64,000 bases of DNA from Vicinamibacteria bacterium (GCA_041481445.1 JBGPBV010000007.1:5365-69364); one strand, 5' to 3'; counted from the first letter of the stretch, positions 16,547 through 27,048 are shown. Program-made: numbers and translations. The notes: generated from the sequence alone by a model not told the origin.

Positions 16547-18303
16547 CCGGGCGGGCCCTCGCGCGACGCCTCGCTTCCCCTCCCCCCTGCGTGTGGGTCG
16601 CGCTCGCCCTCGCCGCCTACGCCGCCCTCGCCGTCGCTTCCGAGCGGGGCAAGTCCGCCGTCTTCGACGAGGTCATCCACCTCCCGCCGGGCTGGGCCGC
16701 CCTGAAGCTCGGCGACCACCGGATGAACCCGCTGCACCCGCCGCTGGCCCGGATCATCGCGGCGGCGCCTCTCCTGTTCATGGACGTCAGGGTCGATCCG
16801 GACGACCTGGCCTGGCGCACCGCGCGGCCGTGGGAGTGGGGCAAGCGGTTCCTGTATCGCTGGAACGACGGCGATCGCCTGCTGTTCTGGGGCCGGCTGC
16901 CCATCGTGGCCCTGGCCATGGTCCTGGCCGTCACCGTCTTCTGGTGGGCCCGCCGTCTCTGGGGCCTGCCCGCCGGCTTCCTCGCGCTCGTACTGTGCGT
17001 GCTCAGCCCCGACGTCCTCGCCCACGGCCATCTCGTCACGAACGACCTGCCCGTCGTGCTGTTCGTGTTCCTGTCCGTCGTCCTCTTCGAGCGGCTGGTC
17101 GAGCGGGTCACCGTCGTGCGGGCGATCGCGGTCGCCCTGGCCGTCGGCGCGGCGTTCGCGACGAAGTTCTCCGCCTTCGCCATCCCGCCCATCCTGGCCG
17201 CGCTCGCGCTCGTGGTGGCCTGGCGTCCCGAGCCGCTGGCGGTCGCGATCGGCACGCCGCGCGCGGTCTCGGGCCGCGCGCGGAAGCTGGGCCTGCTCGC
17301 GGTCGTGCTGGTGGCGATCGGGGCCCTGGCCCTCGCCGTCGTCTGGGCCGCCTACGGATTCCGCTCCGCGCTGACTCCGGATCCCGCCGTCGATGCCTTC
17401 ATGCACGGCAGCGACGCGCCCCCGGCCAGCCCCGTGCTCCGCGTCGGCGCCTCCCTCACGCGCGGCCGGCTCCTGCCCGAGGCCTGGGTCTGGGGGTTCC
17501 TGAACTGCTTCAAGTCGTTCGCGAGCCGCCCGTCGTTCCTGCTCGGGCACTGCTCGGACACGGGCTGGTGGTACTACTTCCCGGTCGCGATCGCGCTCAA
17601 GGCACCGCTGCCGCTGCTCGTCCTCGTCGGCGCCGCCGCCGTTCTGGCCTGGACGCGCCCGGCGGGGGGGCGCGCGCAATGGTTCGTGTGGCTGCCTCCC
17701 GCGATGTTCCTCGCCCTGACCATGACGCAGAACATCAACATCGGACACCGGCACGTGCTGGGGATCTATCCCTTCTTGTTCGTGGCCGCTTCGCGCGTCG
17801 CGTCGCTCGCCTGGTCCTCGCGCCGGTCGTGGCCCCGAGCGGCGGTGGTGGCCCTGTCCGTCCTGTACGCGGCCAGCGTGCTCAGGGTGCATCCGAACTA
17901 CCTCGCCTACTTCAACGAAGCCGCGGGCGGGCCGTCGCAGGGCTGGCGATGGCTCGTGGACTCGAACGTCGACTGGGGCCAGGACCTGCCCGGCCTCAAG
18001 AAGTACATGGACGCGAGCGGGATCGCGCGGGTGACCCTGTGCTACTTCGGGACGGCCGATCCCGGCTACTACGGGATCGCGTCGGACCGCCTGCCCGGGT
18101 ACCAGCCGCCGCCGCCCTCGAGCCTCACCCGGACGATCCGCAAGGGCGACGTCGTCGCGATCAGCGCCACTCACCTCCAGGGCCTGTACCTCGACCCGGA
18201 GATGCAGCCGCTGATGGCGCAATTTCGAGCGAGGGCCCCCGTGGCGACGATCGGATACTCGATCTTCGTGTATCGCGCCGACTTCGACTGGACGCTGCCC
18301 TAG
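16543..18303 (+). CDS. GT-C fold glycosyltransferase, family 39/ArnT-like (second copy)
   Basis: GTG 16543 overlaps the upstream stop (GTGA). FDE motif (SAVFDEVIHLPPGW). More than 10 TM helices. Large C-terminal periplasmic domain. It is the downstream part of the 1306-aa track ORF, whose 5' part is frame noise. Confidence 0.6.
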   Translation: MTGRALARRLASPPPCVWVALALAAYAALAVASERGKSAVFDEVIHLPPGWAALKLGDHRMNPLHPPLARIIAAAPLLFMDVRVDPDDLAWRTARPWEWGKRFLYRWNDGDRLLFWGRLPIVALAMVLAVTVFWWARRLWGLPAGFLALVLCVLSPDVLAHGHLVTNDLPVVLFVFLSVVLFERLVERVTVVRAIAVALAVGAAFATKFSAFAIPPILAALALVVAWRPEPLAVAIGTPRAVSGRARKLGLLAVVLVAIGALALAVVWAAYGFRSALTPDPAVDAFMHGSDAPPASPVLRVGASLTRGRLLPEAWVWGFLNCFKSFASRPSFLLGHCSDTGWWYYFPVAIALKAPLPLLVLVGAAAVLAWTRPAGGRAQWFVWLPPAMFLALTMTQNINIGHRHVLGIYPFLFVAASRVASLAWSSRRSWPRAAVVALSVLYAASVLRVHPNYLAYFNEAAGGPSQGWRWLVDSNVDWGQDLPGLKKYMDASGIARVTLCYFGTADPGYYGIASDRLPGYQPPPPSSLTRTIRKGDVVAISATHLQGLYLDPEMQPLMAQFRARAPVATIGYSIFVYRADFDWTLP

Positions 18304-19835
18304 AAGAACCTCCACCAGCAGGCGATCGCGATCGTCACCGGGGCCAGCGTGGCGGCGAGGACGGCCGCGGAGACCGCGCTGGGCGCGCCCTGGTCGGCCT
18401 CGCCGGACGGCCGCGCGAGGGCGGCCACGAGCAGGACGGGCATGATCGGGATCCAGATCCGGCCCACCTCGCCGCGCGTCTGCCCGGACAGGAGGAGGAG
18501 GGCCAGCGCCGCGGCCGCCCCCAGGCGGAAGGCCTCGTCGGGCTGGAGGCGGGCGCGGGCGAGCAGGCGCCGGCCCGACCACGCGATCGCGAGGACGAGC
18601 GAGGCGGCGATCGGCGGCCCGAGGAAGAGGCCGAGATCGAGGGGATCGAACACCAGCCAGAGGGCGTAGTCCCGCGGCTCGGTGAAGAACTCGCGATGGA
18701 TGCGGAGGGCCTCCGCCGCGGACGCGAGCGGATGGTGGCCGACCAGGGCCGGGGCGAGGAACGCCGCCGCCGTGACCGCCGCCGCCAGCGCGCCGCGCGC
18801 GACCCCGCGCACGAGGGAACGGCCGGCCGCCCAGGAGGCGCAGAGCACGGCCGTCCCCCCGACGATCAGGAACGCCGGGGCCCCGTAGGACAGCGCGACC
18901 GCCATCCCGCCGGCCAGGCCGGCCAGCGCCGACCAGGCCACGGCCCGCCCGCGGCTCTCGCCGGTGAGCGCACGGGCGAGCGCGGCCGCGGAGAGCGCGA
19001 CGGGCAGGGCGAGGGCCTGGTCGAGCTGCGGCAGCATGAGGACGGGGCCGGGCAGGAGGCTCCAGAGGATGCCGACGCGCGCGGACGCGAGCGGCCCGAG
19101 GCCGACTCCGCGCGCCAGCGCCGCCACCGGCCAGGCGGTCAGGGCGCACGCGGCCAGGATCAGGAGGCCACCGAGCACGCCTCCGGCGCGGGCGGCCGCG
19201 CTGTGCTCCGGCCGCGGCCGGCGCGGGTTCGAGTCGGGCAGGCCAGACACCGACAACACCGTGCGCGTGAGCGCGGGGGAGCTCTCGCACAGCGCGATGA
19301 GGCCGCGATAGACCAGTACGGGACCGGGCGGGTGCGTGGCCGCGTGCTTGGCCCCCTTCCGGAAGGTCGGGAGCAGCACGTCGTGGTTGCGGAGGAACTC
19401 GATCGGGTCCTCCGCCTCCGGGGCGATCGCGACCGTGTAGTACGAAGTCGCCGTGCGGTAGGCGACACGGCCGAACAGCGTGGGCAGGGCGCCGTCGGGC
19501 TCCATCGCGATCAAGGCCAGCGGCAGGGCGAGGCCGAGGAGCGACCCCGCGGTGAGGAGCGCCCGTCGCGCCGCCTCGCCCGCGGCGCGCGCCCGCGCGG
19601 ACCCCGAGGCGGCCAGGAGCGCGACCGCCGCCAGCACGGCCAGGAGGGCGGGCCAGAGAGGGCCGGTGGTGCCCACGTCGCGAAGCGGCCACTGCCACTC
19701 CGGCGGGTAGGGCGCGGGCCCGCGCAACCAGGGCAGGCGGTCGCCCCACGCGGCCGCCAGGAACGTGACGGTGGCGGCGACCCAGAGCGCGCGCTCGCGG
19801 CGAGACGGCTCGCCCAGGGGCGCTCCCGTCAGCAT
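18300..19835 (-). CDS. Polytopic membrane protein (hypothetical; possibly glycosyltransferase/flippase-like)
   Basis: 511-aa C-terminal part of the 952-aa track ORF, from MLTGAPLG. Many TM helices. Confidence 0.45.
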   Translation of the reverse strand: MLTGAPLGEPSRRERALWVAATVTFLAAAWGDRLPWLRGPAPYPPEWQWPLRDVGTTGPLWPALLAVLAAVALLAASGSARARAAGEAARRALLTAGSLLGLALPLALIAMEPDGALPTLFGRVAYRTATSYYTVAIAPEAEDPIEFLRNHDVLLPTFRKGAKHAATHPPGPVLVYRGLIALCESSPALTRTVLSVSGLPDSNPRRPRPEHSAAARAGGVLGGLLILAACALTAWPVAALARGVGLGPLASARVGILWSLLPGPVLMLPQLDQALALPVALSAAALARALTGESRGRAVAWSALAGLAGGMAVALSYGAPAFLIVGGTAVLCASWAAGRSLVRGVARGALAAAVTAAAFLAPALVGHHPLASAAEALRIHREFFTEPRDYALWLVFDPLDLGLFLGPPIAASLVLAIAWSGRRLLARARLQPDEAFRLGAAAALALLLLSGQTRGEVGRIWIPIMPVLLVAALARPSGEADQGAPSAVSAAVLAATLAPVTIAIACWWRFF

Positions 19836-19904
19836 CGCGGGAGTATAACGTCGGGCTCCCGCGGGCGCCGTGCCCCGCGGGCGCCGTGCTAAGATGTCCG
19901 GTCC

Positions 19905-21005
19905 ATGTCTGCCCGCCGGGCCCTCCTGACCAGCCTCCTCCTGCCGTTGGCCGCCTGCGGCGGCGGCTCGCCGTCCGGTCCGGCGCCCGTCCCGTCGAGC
20001 GGCGGCTCCCAGTCCGTGACCGTCGTCGTGTTCTACGACGAGAACGGAAACGGCACCATCGACAGCGGAGAGGTCGCGCGCGTGCCGGACGTCGAGGTGA
20101 GCCTGGGCGGACGCAGCGCGCGCAGCGCCGCCGGCACCGGCCGGGCCGTCATTGACGGCGTGGCCACGGGCACGTTCACGCCGGCCGTGAACGCGGGCAC
20201 GCTCCCTCCGTTCTACGGGGTGGGGCGCCTCTCCACCGTCCAGGTGCCCGTCTCCGGCGAGGTGGCGATGCCGCTCGTCCTCCCCATCGGGTCGAACCGC
20301 CCCAACACGTACATGGCCTTCGGCGACAGCATCACCGAGGGCAACAACTATCCTGGCGACCCCTCGTATCGCGGACCGCTCGGCGACAAGCTGCGCCAGC
20401 ACTTCGGGCGAGCGACCGTCCTCAACGAAGGCGTGGGCTCCACGAAGAGCAATCAGGGCGCGGCGCGCGTGGACGGGCCGCTCAACGCCGACCGGCCCGC
20501 GTACACGCTGATCCTCTACGGCACCAACGACTGGGGCCAGTCGGAGTGCAACAGCGTGGCCAAGCTGGCCACGACCTGCTTCACGATCGACAGCCTGCGC
20601 GACATCATCCTGTCCGCGAAGGGCTCGTCCAGCCTGCCCGTCCTCGCCACCATCCCGCCCTGCAACGAGGGCTACGACTTCCGCGCCCCGCCGCAGCGCA
20701 ACGATTGGGTCTCGGCGGTGGACGTCCAGATCCGCGACCTCGCCCGCCAGCAGGGAGTGCCCCTGGCCGACGTCGAGAAGGCCTTCCTGGCCGCCGGCAA
20801 CGACTCGCGCTTGTTCGTGGACCACATCCATCCGAGCGCGCAGGGCGAGGAGCTCATCGCGACCGCGTTCTTCCAGGCGGTTTCCCGCGCCGCGGGCGCC
20901 GGCGGCGCGTTCACGGGGCCGGTGATCGACCTCGACGCACCGCAGGTGCTGTCGCGCCCGGCGAGGCCGGGGCGCTCGGCGGGGACGGAGATCCGCCGCC
21001 GCTGA
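19905..21005 (+). CDS. Lipoprotein with N-terminal SdrD-B/CarboxypepD_reg-like domain and C-terminal SGNH/GDSL hydrolase domain
   Basis: Lipobox LLLPLAACGG. VVVFYDENGNGTIDSGE beta-sandwich motif. GDSITEG (Ser block) and DxxH (VDHIHPS). Confidence 0.65.
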   Translation: MSARRALLTSLLLPLAACGGGSPSGPAPVPSSGGSQSVTVVVFYDENGNGTIDSGEVARVPDVEVSLGGRSARSAAGTGRAVIDGVATGTFTPAVNAGTLPPFYGVGRLSTVQVPVSGEVAMPLVLPIGSNRPNTYMAFGDSITEGNNYPGDPSYRGPLGDKLRQHFGRATVLNEGVGSTKSNQGAARVDGPLNADRPAYTLILYGTNDWGQSECNSVAKLATTCFTIDSLRDIILSAKGSSSLPVLATIPPCNEGYDFRAPPQRNDWVSAVDVQIRDLARQQGVPLADVEKAFLAAGNDSRLFVDHIHPSAQGEELIATAFFQAVSRAAGAGGAFTGPVIDLDAPQVLSRPARPGRSAGTEIRRR

Positions 21006-22152
21006 TCGTCGGCGCCCATCCCTCCTCCTCGACCGCGGCCGGCTCCATCGAGAGCCGCCGCACCGGCCCGACGAGGCTCTCCCCCGCCAGCCGGTGCGCG
21101 ATCTCGTTGGGATGGTGGTCGACGGGGTGGACCCAGAGCGATTCCGCGGGGCGCCCATGGAGCGCCGACAGGAAGTCGTGCCGCGGGATGCCGGCGGAGA
21201 GGCAGAAGCGCGCGATCGTCTCCGACACGTCCGCGAACGGGTAGCGCCCTTCCAGGCCCACCAGAAGGGGCCAGGACGCGATGAGGAAGCGGCCGCCGCG
21301 GGCCTGGGTCCTCCGGTTCATCTTCCGCAGGAGGGCCTGGGTCCGCTCCCATCCCTCGCGGTTGGGCTCGCCGTACATGTCGTGGTACCAGCGCGTGGTG
21401 TCCCGGCCGATGCGCCAGGTGTCGAGGCGGTCGCGCACGAACGCGAGGAGGCGCGGGGTCCAGGGCCCGAGCCGGCGGTCCTCCTCCTCGCGGAACATGC
21501 GGCCGCGGTCGAGGATCCAGTCGTTGAGGTAGGCCTGGCGCGCCTGGAAGACGGGCGCCTTCACCGCGTCGTTGAGGACCATCCCGTAGACCACGACGTC
21601 GGGATCGAAAGCGAGCACGGTCTCGAACAGGTCGAACAGCTCCGGGAAGTCGTACCCGCGCCGGCCGCAGTTGAGGACCTCCCAGCGCCCGGCCTCGCCC
21701 GCGGTGTTGAGCAGGCGATGGAGGACGCGCGGGTAGGCGTCCTCCTCCTTCACGCCCATGCCCTCGGTGAAGGAGTCTCCGATCACGAGCACGCGCGTCA
21801 CGCCCTTGACGTGCGGGCCGATGGGGGACGAGCGGAACTGCTGCTCGCTGTAGCGGCGCTCCACCGCGTAGGGCGTGTGCGTCACCGCGTCCTCGAGGCG
21901 GGCCAGGCCCAGGGCGCGGTAGCGCTCGACGGTCGCGGGATCGCGCAGGTCGACGTCGAAATAGCCGCGCGGGTTGCTCGGATAGCAGTCGAGGAGCACC
22001 GTCCGCCCGCGGTTGGCGATCCGGTTCGTGTGCTGGAAGCCGGCGGGCGCGTAGCCGGTGACACGGAACACTCCCTCCAGGACGAGCAGCGTGAAGAGTG
22101 TGGACGCGGTGATCAGGGCCACGCGCCCGGCCGCCGTCCGGACGGAAGGCAT
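20911..22152 (-). CDS. Membrane-anchored SGNH/GDSL-like hydrolase
   Basis: N-terminal TM anchor, GDSFTEG block, D..H (PVDHHPN). The 3' end overlaps the convergent gene by about 95 nt, so the low-complexity tail is uncertain. Confidence 0.55.
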   Translation of the reverse strand: MPSVRTAAGRVALITASTLFTLLVLEGVFRVTGYAPAGFQHTNRIANRGRTVLLDCYPSNPRGYFDVDLRDPATVERYRALGLARLEDAVTHTPYAVERRYSEQQFRSSPIGPHVKGVTRVLVIGDSFTEGMGVKEEDAYPRVLHRLLNTAGEAGRWEVLNCGRRGYDFPELFDLFETVLAFDPDVVVYGMVLNDAVKAPVFQARQAYLNDWILDRGRMFREEEDRRLGPWTPRLLAFVRDRLDTWRIGRDTTRWYHDMYGEPNREGWERTQALLRKMNRRTQARGGRFLIASWPLLVGLEGRYPFADVSETIARFCLSAGIPRHDFLSALHGRPAESLWVHPVDHHPNEIAHRLAGESLVGPVRRLSMEPAAVEEEGWAPTISGGGSPSPPSAPASPGATAPAVRRGRSPAP

Positions 22153-22166
22153 GGGGCGGCAATGAT

Positions 22167-23549
22167 ATGCTGCCCGGCGCGGTCACCGGTCGATTGAACG
22201 CGCGGAACATTGTGTTTCTAGCCGTCAGAGCTCGGCCGGTGTCGCTGGGAGCGTTCCTGACGCTCGTCGCGGCCGGGGCTGCGGACGCCCAGACCCCCGC
22301 CCCCACGCCGTTGCCGCAGGACCAGCTCACGCTCCAGGCAAGGTCCAACGTGGTGCAGGGCTCGGGGGCCCGCGCGCTGGGCATGGGCGGCGCCTTCCTG
22401 GCCCGCGCCGACGACGCCACCGCCGCCTCCTGGAACCCCGCCGGCCTGAGCTACCTCCGGTTGCCGGAGGTGTCCTTCGTGTACTCCGGCGGCAACTTCG
22501 ACAGCCAGGAGACGAACAGCGTCACCATGGATTTCGAGAAGGACCACCGGCACGGCCGCGGTCCCGAGTTCCTGGCCGCGACCTATCCGCTCCAGATCGG
22601 CCCCGTGTCCGGCTCCGCGCAGCTGAGCTACCAGCGCCTGATCTCGTTCACGAGCGACCGCACCATCGACGAGAGCTTCTTCCCGGCGCCTCCGGACGAG
22701 CCCTTCACGCGCCAGTCCACGATCACGTCTCGCGGGGGCTACGACGTGCTGGCGCTGGGCAGCGGCTGGCAGCTCACGCGCACCCTGAGGGCGGGGGTCA
22801 CCCTCAACCGGTGGTTCAACGGCTACGACCAGACCTACGACCGGCCGGTCGAGCTCGGCATCAGCCATCAGGAGTTCCACTACTCGCTGCGCGGCTGGAA
22901 CGCCAACCTCGGGCTCATCTGGACGCCGACGGAGACCCTCAACATCGGTCTCGTGTACAAGACCGGTTTCACCGCCGAGCTGGACATCGCGAAGCTCCGG
23001 ATGGATCCGTTCCCCGTCGGTGACCAGGTGGTGGTGCGCGAGCGGCAGGCGAGCAGCGACGACCTGGGCCTCCGCCCCACCCTCGAGTTCCCGGCCGCGA
23101 TCGGAGTGGGAGCGTCCGTCCGTCCCTTCAGCGCGCTCACCCTCTCCGTCGACTACACGCGGACGCGATGGTCGAAGGGCGTGATCCGCAACTTCTTCGA
23201 CCTGCCGAAGACGGGCAGCGTCAACGTCTTCGACGTCCTGCCCTACCCGACGCTCGATCCCGCCCTCCCCCAGGCCGACACCGCGCAGATCCGGGCCGGC
23301 GTCGAGTACGTCTTCATCCGCGGGCCCGTGAAGTGGCCGCTGCGGGTCGGCTACTTCAACGACAAGCAGTACTACGAAGCCTTCAACGGGCCGCCGCAAT
23401 TCGACGCCTTCACGGCGGGCACGGGTCTCATCGCCGGACCCGTGCTCTTCGACGTGGCCTACATCCTCGAGACCGACCGCTATCCCGCGGTCAGCATCAG
23501 CTCCCACCGCCTCATCGGGTCCGTCATCCTCCGCCTCCCGCGCCGCTGA
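22167..23549 (+). CDS. Outer-membrane beta-barrel protein, FadL/TodX- or PorV-like (hydrophobic-compound transport family)
   Basis: Signal peptide. GMGGAFLARADDATAASWNPAGL N-terminal hatch-like motif. Alternating beta-strand pattern. Aromatic C-terminus. Confidence 0.55.
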   Translation: MLPGAVTGRLNARNIVFLAVRARPVSLGAFLTLVAAGAADAQTPAPTPLPQDQLTLQARSNVVQGSGARALGMGGAFLARADDATAASWNPAGLSYLRLPEVSFVYSGGNFDSQETNSVTMDFEKDHRHGRGPEFLAATYPLQIGPVSGSAQLSYQRLISFTSDRTIDESFFPAPPDEPFTRQSTITSRGGYDVLALGSGWQLTRTLRAGVTLNRWFNGYDQTYDRPVELGISHQEFHYSLRGWNANLGLIWTPTETLNIGLVYKTGFTAELDIAKLRMDPFPVGDQVVVRERQASSDDLGLRPTLEFPAAIGVGASVRPFSALTLSVDYTRTRWSKGVIRNFFDLPKTGSVNVFDVLPYPTLDPALPQADTAQIRAGVEYVFIRGPVKWPLRVGYFNDKQYYEAFNGPPQFDAFTAGTGLIAGPVLFDVAYILETDRYPAVSISSHRLIGSVILRLPRR

Positions 23550-23600
23550 AGGCCGGGGACCCGCCGCCCGCGGCCGGCGCCTCACGTTAGACTCGACGCT

Positions 23601-23978
23601 GTGGATACCGACGACGACGTCCTGGCGGAGGCGGTCGAGGTCCTGCCCATCGCGGAGGTGGCCCCTCTCCTGGCCGGCGGCGGGCGCGGGCCCTTCAGCG
23701 AAGGCGAGCTGGCCTACGCGCGGGACAAGTCGGATCCGGAGCGGCGCCTGGCCGCCCGCCTGGCCGCCAAGCGCGCGGCCCTGCGCGTGCTCGGGGGCAC
23801 CCTGGTGGAGGCGGACGTCGAAGTGGTGCGCGCTCCCGGGGGCGCCCCGCGCCTCCGCCTCTCCGCGCGCGCCGAGGAGCAGCTCCGCAAGGCGGGCGCG
23901 GGAGGGGCCCTGGTCAGCCTGACCCACGGCCGCGAGCACGCCGCGGCCGCGGTCCTCCTCGTGCGCGGGCGAGCGTGA
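23601..23978 (+). CDS. acpS: Holo-[acyl-carrier-protein] synthase (4'-phosphopantetheinyl transferase)
   Basis: 125 aa, ...GALVSLTHGREHAAAAVLLV is an AcpS-like C-terminal motif. Size typical for AcpS. Confidence 0.7.
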   Translation: MDTDDDVLAEAVEVLPIAEVAPLLAGGGRGPFSEGELAYARDKSDPERRLAARLAAKRAALRVLGGTLVEADVEVVRAPGGAPRLRLSARAEEQLRKAGAGGALVSLTHGREHAAAAVLLVRGRA

Positions 23979-24970
23979 GGGTCCTCCGCGCCGTCGTCCG
24001 CGCGGCCGTGCTCATGGGGGTGGTCGCGGTGGCCGCCTGCCTCTACCTCGCCTTCGCGCCGTTCGGCGACGCCGCCCCCCATCCCTTCAACCAGAACCGC
24101 AACGCGGTCTGGCTCGAGCACCGCTGGCTCGAGAAGGCGCACTCCGTGGAGGAGATGGAGCAGATGTTCCGCTTCCTCGACCACCACGGCATCGTGTACG
24201 CGTATCCGCACCTCATCCCGTTCGACGGGGCGGGCCGGCTGCCCCTGCACAACCGCGAGCAGATGCGTGCGCTCCTGTCCACCGCCCGCCGCGTCGCCCC
24301 CGGCATGAAGGTCCTGCCCTGGGTCGGGGGCCTGCGCGTCGGCTACAAGCGCAGCAAGCCGGGGACGCTCAACCTGGAGGACCTGGGGCAGCGGCAGCGC
24401 ATCGTCGCGGAATGCCGCGGGCTCATGGACGAGGGCTTCGACGGCATCCACGTCAACGTGGAGCCGGTGGCCAACGGCGACGACGACTTCCTCGCCCTCC
24501 TGCGTGCGCTGCGCACCGCCATCGGGGGCGGCATCCTCTCCCTCTCCGCCACCCGGCCGGGCCCCATGGCCCCCGCCTTTGCGCCGAACTTCTTCTGGAC
24601 GGCCGACTACTATGCGCGCATCGCCGATTCCGCCGACCAGGTCGTGCTCATGACCTACGACACCGCCCTCCCCACGCCCGGTCTCTACCGCCGCTACGTC
24701 GCCTACGCGGCGGAGGCGGTCAACGCCACCCTGGCCCGGACCAGCCGCACCCGGGTGCTGGTGGGGATCCCGACCTACAAGGACACCGGCCTCATGCACC
24801 GCAAGGGGGTCGAGACCACGGAGAACGCCCTGCTCGGCGTGGTGGCCGGCCTCCGCGGCCGCACGGGCGGCGGCACCTTCGAGGGCGTGGCCCTCTACGC
24901 GGAATGGACGACCGACCCCGGGGACTGGGAGGTCTACGAGCGGGTGTGGCGCGGCCACACCGTCCCCTGA
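23975..24970 (+). CDS. Membrane-anchored hypothetical protein, possible glycoside-hydrolase-like TIM barrel (GHL/GH18-like)
   Basis: GTG start overlapping the acpS stop. N-terminal TM. Motifs DGIHVNVEP and VVLMTYD resemble GH-like TIM barrels. Weak assignment. Confidence 0.35.
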   Translation: MRVLRAVVRAAVLMGVVAVAACLYLAFAPFGDAAPHPFNQNRNAVWLEHRWLEKAHSVEEMEQMFRFLDHHGIVYAYPHLIPFDGAGRLPLHNREQMRALLSTARRVAPGMKVLPWVGGLRVGYKRSKPGTLNLEDLGQRQRIVAECRGLMDEGFDGIHVNVEPVANGDDDFLALLRALRTAIGGGILSLSATRPGPMAPAFAPNFFWTADYYARIADSADQVVLMTYDTALPTPGLYRRYVAYAAEAVNATLARTSRTRVLVGIPTYKDTGLMHRKGVETTENALLGVVAGLRGRTGGGTFEGVALYAEWTTDPGDWEVYERVWRGHTVP

Positions 24971-24991
24971 GCCGTCGCGCGGCGGCGGAGC

Positions 24992-25672
24992 TCAGGCGGC
25001 GACGGAGCGGTCCTCCACCACCAGCCCGTCCTGGATCCGGACCACGCGCGCGGCCAGCTTGGCCACATTCGCGTCGTGGGTGATGAGGACGATCGTCTGT
25101 CCGGCCGCGTGCAGCTCGCGGAAGAGATCGACGATCGCGTGGCCGGAGGCGGAGTCGAGGTTGCCGGTCGGCTCGTCGGCCAGGATGATGGCGGGGTCGT
25201 TGACGAGGGCGCGCGCGATGGCCACGCGCTGCATCTGGCCTCCGGAGAGCTCGGTCGGCTTGTGGTCCATCCGGTCCTCGAGGCCGACCCGGCGCAGCAT
25301 GGCTTCCGCCCGCTCCTTCCGCTCGCGCGTCCCCACCCCCCCGAACAGCAGGGGCAGCTCCACGTTCTCGCGCGCGGAGGCGTAGGGCAGCAGGTTGAAG
25401 TTCTGGAACACGAACCCGATGCGCTTGTTGCGGATCTCGGCCAGCCGGTTGCGGTCGAGGTTGCCGACCGCCTCCCCGGAGAGGAGGTACTCGCCCGAGG
25501 TCGGGGTGTCGAGGCAGCCCAGGATGTTCATGAGGGTCGACTTGCCGGACCCGGAAGGGCCGACCACCGCCACGTACTCGTTGGCCGCGATGTCGAGGTC
25601 CACCCCGCGCAGCGCCTCGACCTTCTGCGCGCCCATCGAGTAGACCTTGCGGATGTCACGCATGGCAATCAT
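24992..25672 (-). CDS. ABC transporter ATP-binding protein (MacB/LolD/DevA-like)
   Basis: Walker [11 protein letters not shown]-loop, signature [15 protein letters not shown], Walker B ILADEPT, H-loop ITHD. Start ATG at 25672 with GAGGA SD, inside the longer track ORF. Confidence 0.9.
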   Translation of the reverse strand: MIAMRDIRKVYSMGAQKVEALRGVDLDIAANEYVAVVGPSGSGKSTLMNILGCLDTPTSGEYLLSGEAVGNLDRNRLAEIRNKRIGFVFQNFNLLPYASARENVELPLLFGGVGTRERKERAEAMLRRVGLEDRMDHKPTELSGGQMQRVAIARALVNDPAIILADEPTGNLDSASGHAIVDLFRELHAAGQTIVLITHDANVAKLAARVVRIQDGLVVEDRSVAA

Positions 25673-25787
25673 CTTTGGCGTCCTCGCTCCGCGCCTCGCG
25701 TCCTGTGCGTCGCCGCGCCGGGAGTGAATCCCGGCGCGGCGGCAGCGGAGACGCTCCGCTGCGGAAAACGCCCACGACGTCTTCGCA

Positions 25788-27041
25788 TCATTCATACCTC
25801 AGCGATTCCGCGGGGTTGACGCGGGCGGCGCGCCGGGCGGGGAAGTAGCCGGCCAGCGTGCCCACCGTGCCCAGGATGAGCGAGGTGGCGGCGGCGATGG
25901 CGGGCGAGAAGGTGGGCCGGCCCAGGAACTCGAAGGCCTGGTCCTTCAAGGGCAGGGCGGCCACGATCTGCATCAGGATCACGCCCACCGCCGTCCCCAG
26001 GGTCCCGCCCAGGATCGTCATGGTGAGGGCCTCCAGCACGAACGGCGACATCACCTGCCGCACCTTCGCCCCCAGCGCCATCTTCACGCCGATCTCGCGC
26101 GTCCGCTCCTTCACCACCGCGTACATGATGTTGGCCACCCCCATGCCGCCCACGAGCAGGGTCAGGCCGCCGATGATGCCCAGGAACATCTGGATGCCCA
26201 GCGCGATGTTGCCGGTGATGCGCTGGTTCTCCCTCGTGTCCCAGATCCCGAGGGCGCGCTCGTCGTCGGGGTCGAAGCGGTACTTGCGGGCCAGGACGCG
26301 GTAGATCTGGGCCTTGGCCTGGTCGGCCATGCCCTCGCTGGCCGGCTTGTACACCATGTTGCCGATCTTGGCGTCGGTGAACATGGCCTTGAAGGTGGGG
26401 GCGGGGATCGAGGCCTGGCTCTTGTCCGGCCCGCTGTACATCCCCATCATGACCTTGGGCTGCATGACGCCCACGACCAGGAACGTGGACTGGTTGATCT
26501 GGACGGTCTTGCCGACGGCGTCGTCCTTGGCGAACAGGTCGGTGGCCAGCTCGTCCCCCAGCACGACCACTCGCCGCTTGAGCGCGCTGTCGAGGTCGTC
26601 CAGGAAGCGGCCCCCCGCCTGCGGGTTGATGTTGCGCATCTCGCCGAACGAGGGGTCCACGCCGCGGACGCGCACGTTGACGGTCTTGGTGCCGTGGGCG
26701 ACGGGGACCCGCTTCGAGTACTCGCGGCTGAGCGCGGTGATCTCGGGGATGCGGGCGACCAGCAGCTCCGCGTCCTCGTCCGTGAACGAGATGGTGCGGC
26801 CGGAGGGGAGCCCGGCGTAGGCCCGGGTGGTGGCGCCCGGCCAGAGCACGCCGATGCCTTCCCCCATCCCGCGCGAGTTGCGGTGGAACGAGCGCTTCAT
26901 GCCCTCCCCGAAGGAGAGCAGCAGCACGATCGAGAGCGTGCCCCAGGCGATGGCCATGACGGTCAGGCCGATGCGCTTCCGGTTGCGGGCGGCGTCCACC
27001 CGGAAGAGGCGCCAGACGAGGAGGAGCTCGGCGGTGCTCAT
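25788..27041 (-). CDS. ABC transporter permease, FtsX/MacB-type (4 TM + large periplasmic domain)
   Basis: MacB-like topology and a C-terminal FtsX domain. Confidence 0.8.
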   Translation of the reverse strand: MSTAELLLVWRLFRVDAARNRKRIGLTVMAIAWGTLSIVLLLSFGEGMKRSFHRNSRGMGEGIGVLWPGATTRAYAGLPSGRTISFTDEDAELLVARIPEITALSREYSKRVPVAHGTKTVNVRVRGVDPSFGEMRNINPQAGGRFLDDLDSALKRRVVVLGDELATDLFAKDDAVGKTVQINQSTFLVVGVMQPKVMMGMYSGPDKSQASIPAPTFKAMFTDAKIGNMVYKPASEGMADQAKAQIYRVLARKYRFDPDDERALGIWDTRENQRITGNIALGIQMFLGIIGGLTLLVGGMGVANIMYAVVKERTREIGVKMALGAKVRQVMSPFVLEALTMTILGGTLGTAVGVILMQIVAALPLKDQAFEFLGRPTFSPAIAAATSLILGTVGTLAGYFPARRAARVNPAESLRYE

Positions 27042-27048
27042 CGCGTCC

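Noticed and set aside
16489-19892. Pair of about 1100-aa antisense ORFs (16489..19749 minus and 16593..19892 plus) covering the glycosyltransferase region
   Set aside because: Both are Arg/Gly/Pro/Asp-rich with no motifs. They are a classic high-GC artefact opposite or off-frame to well-supported membrane-protein genes.
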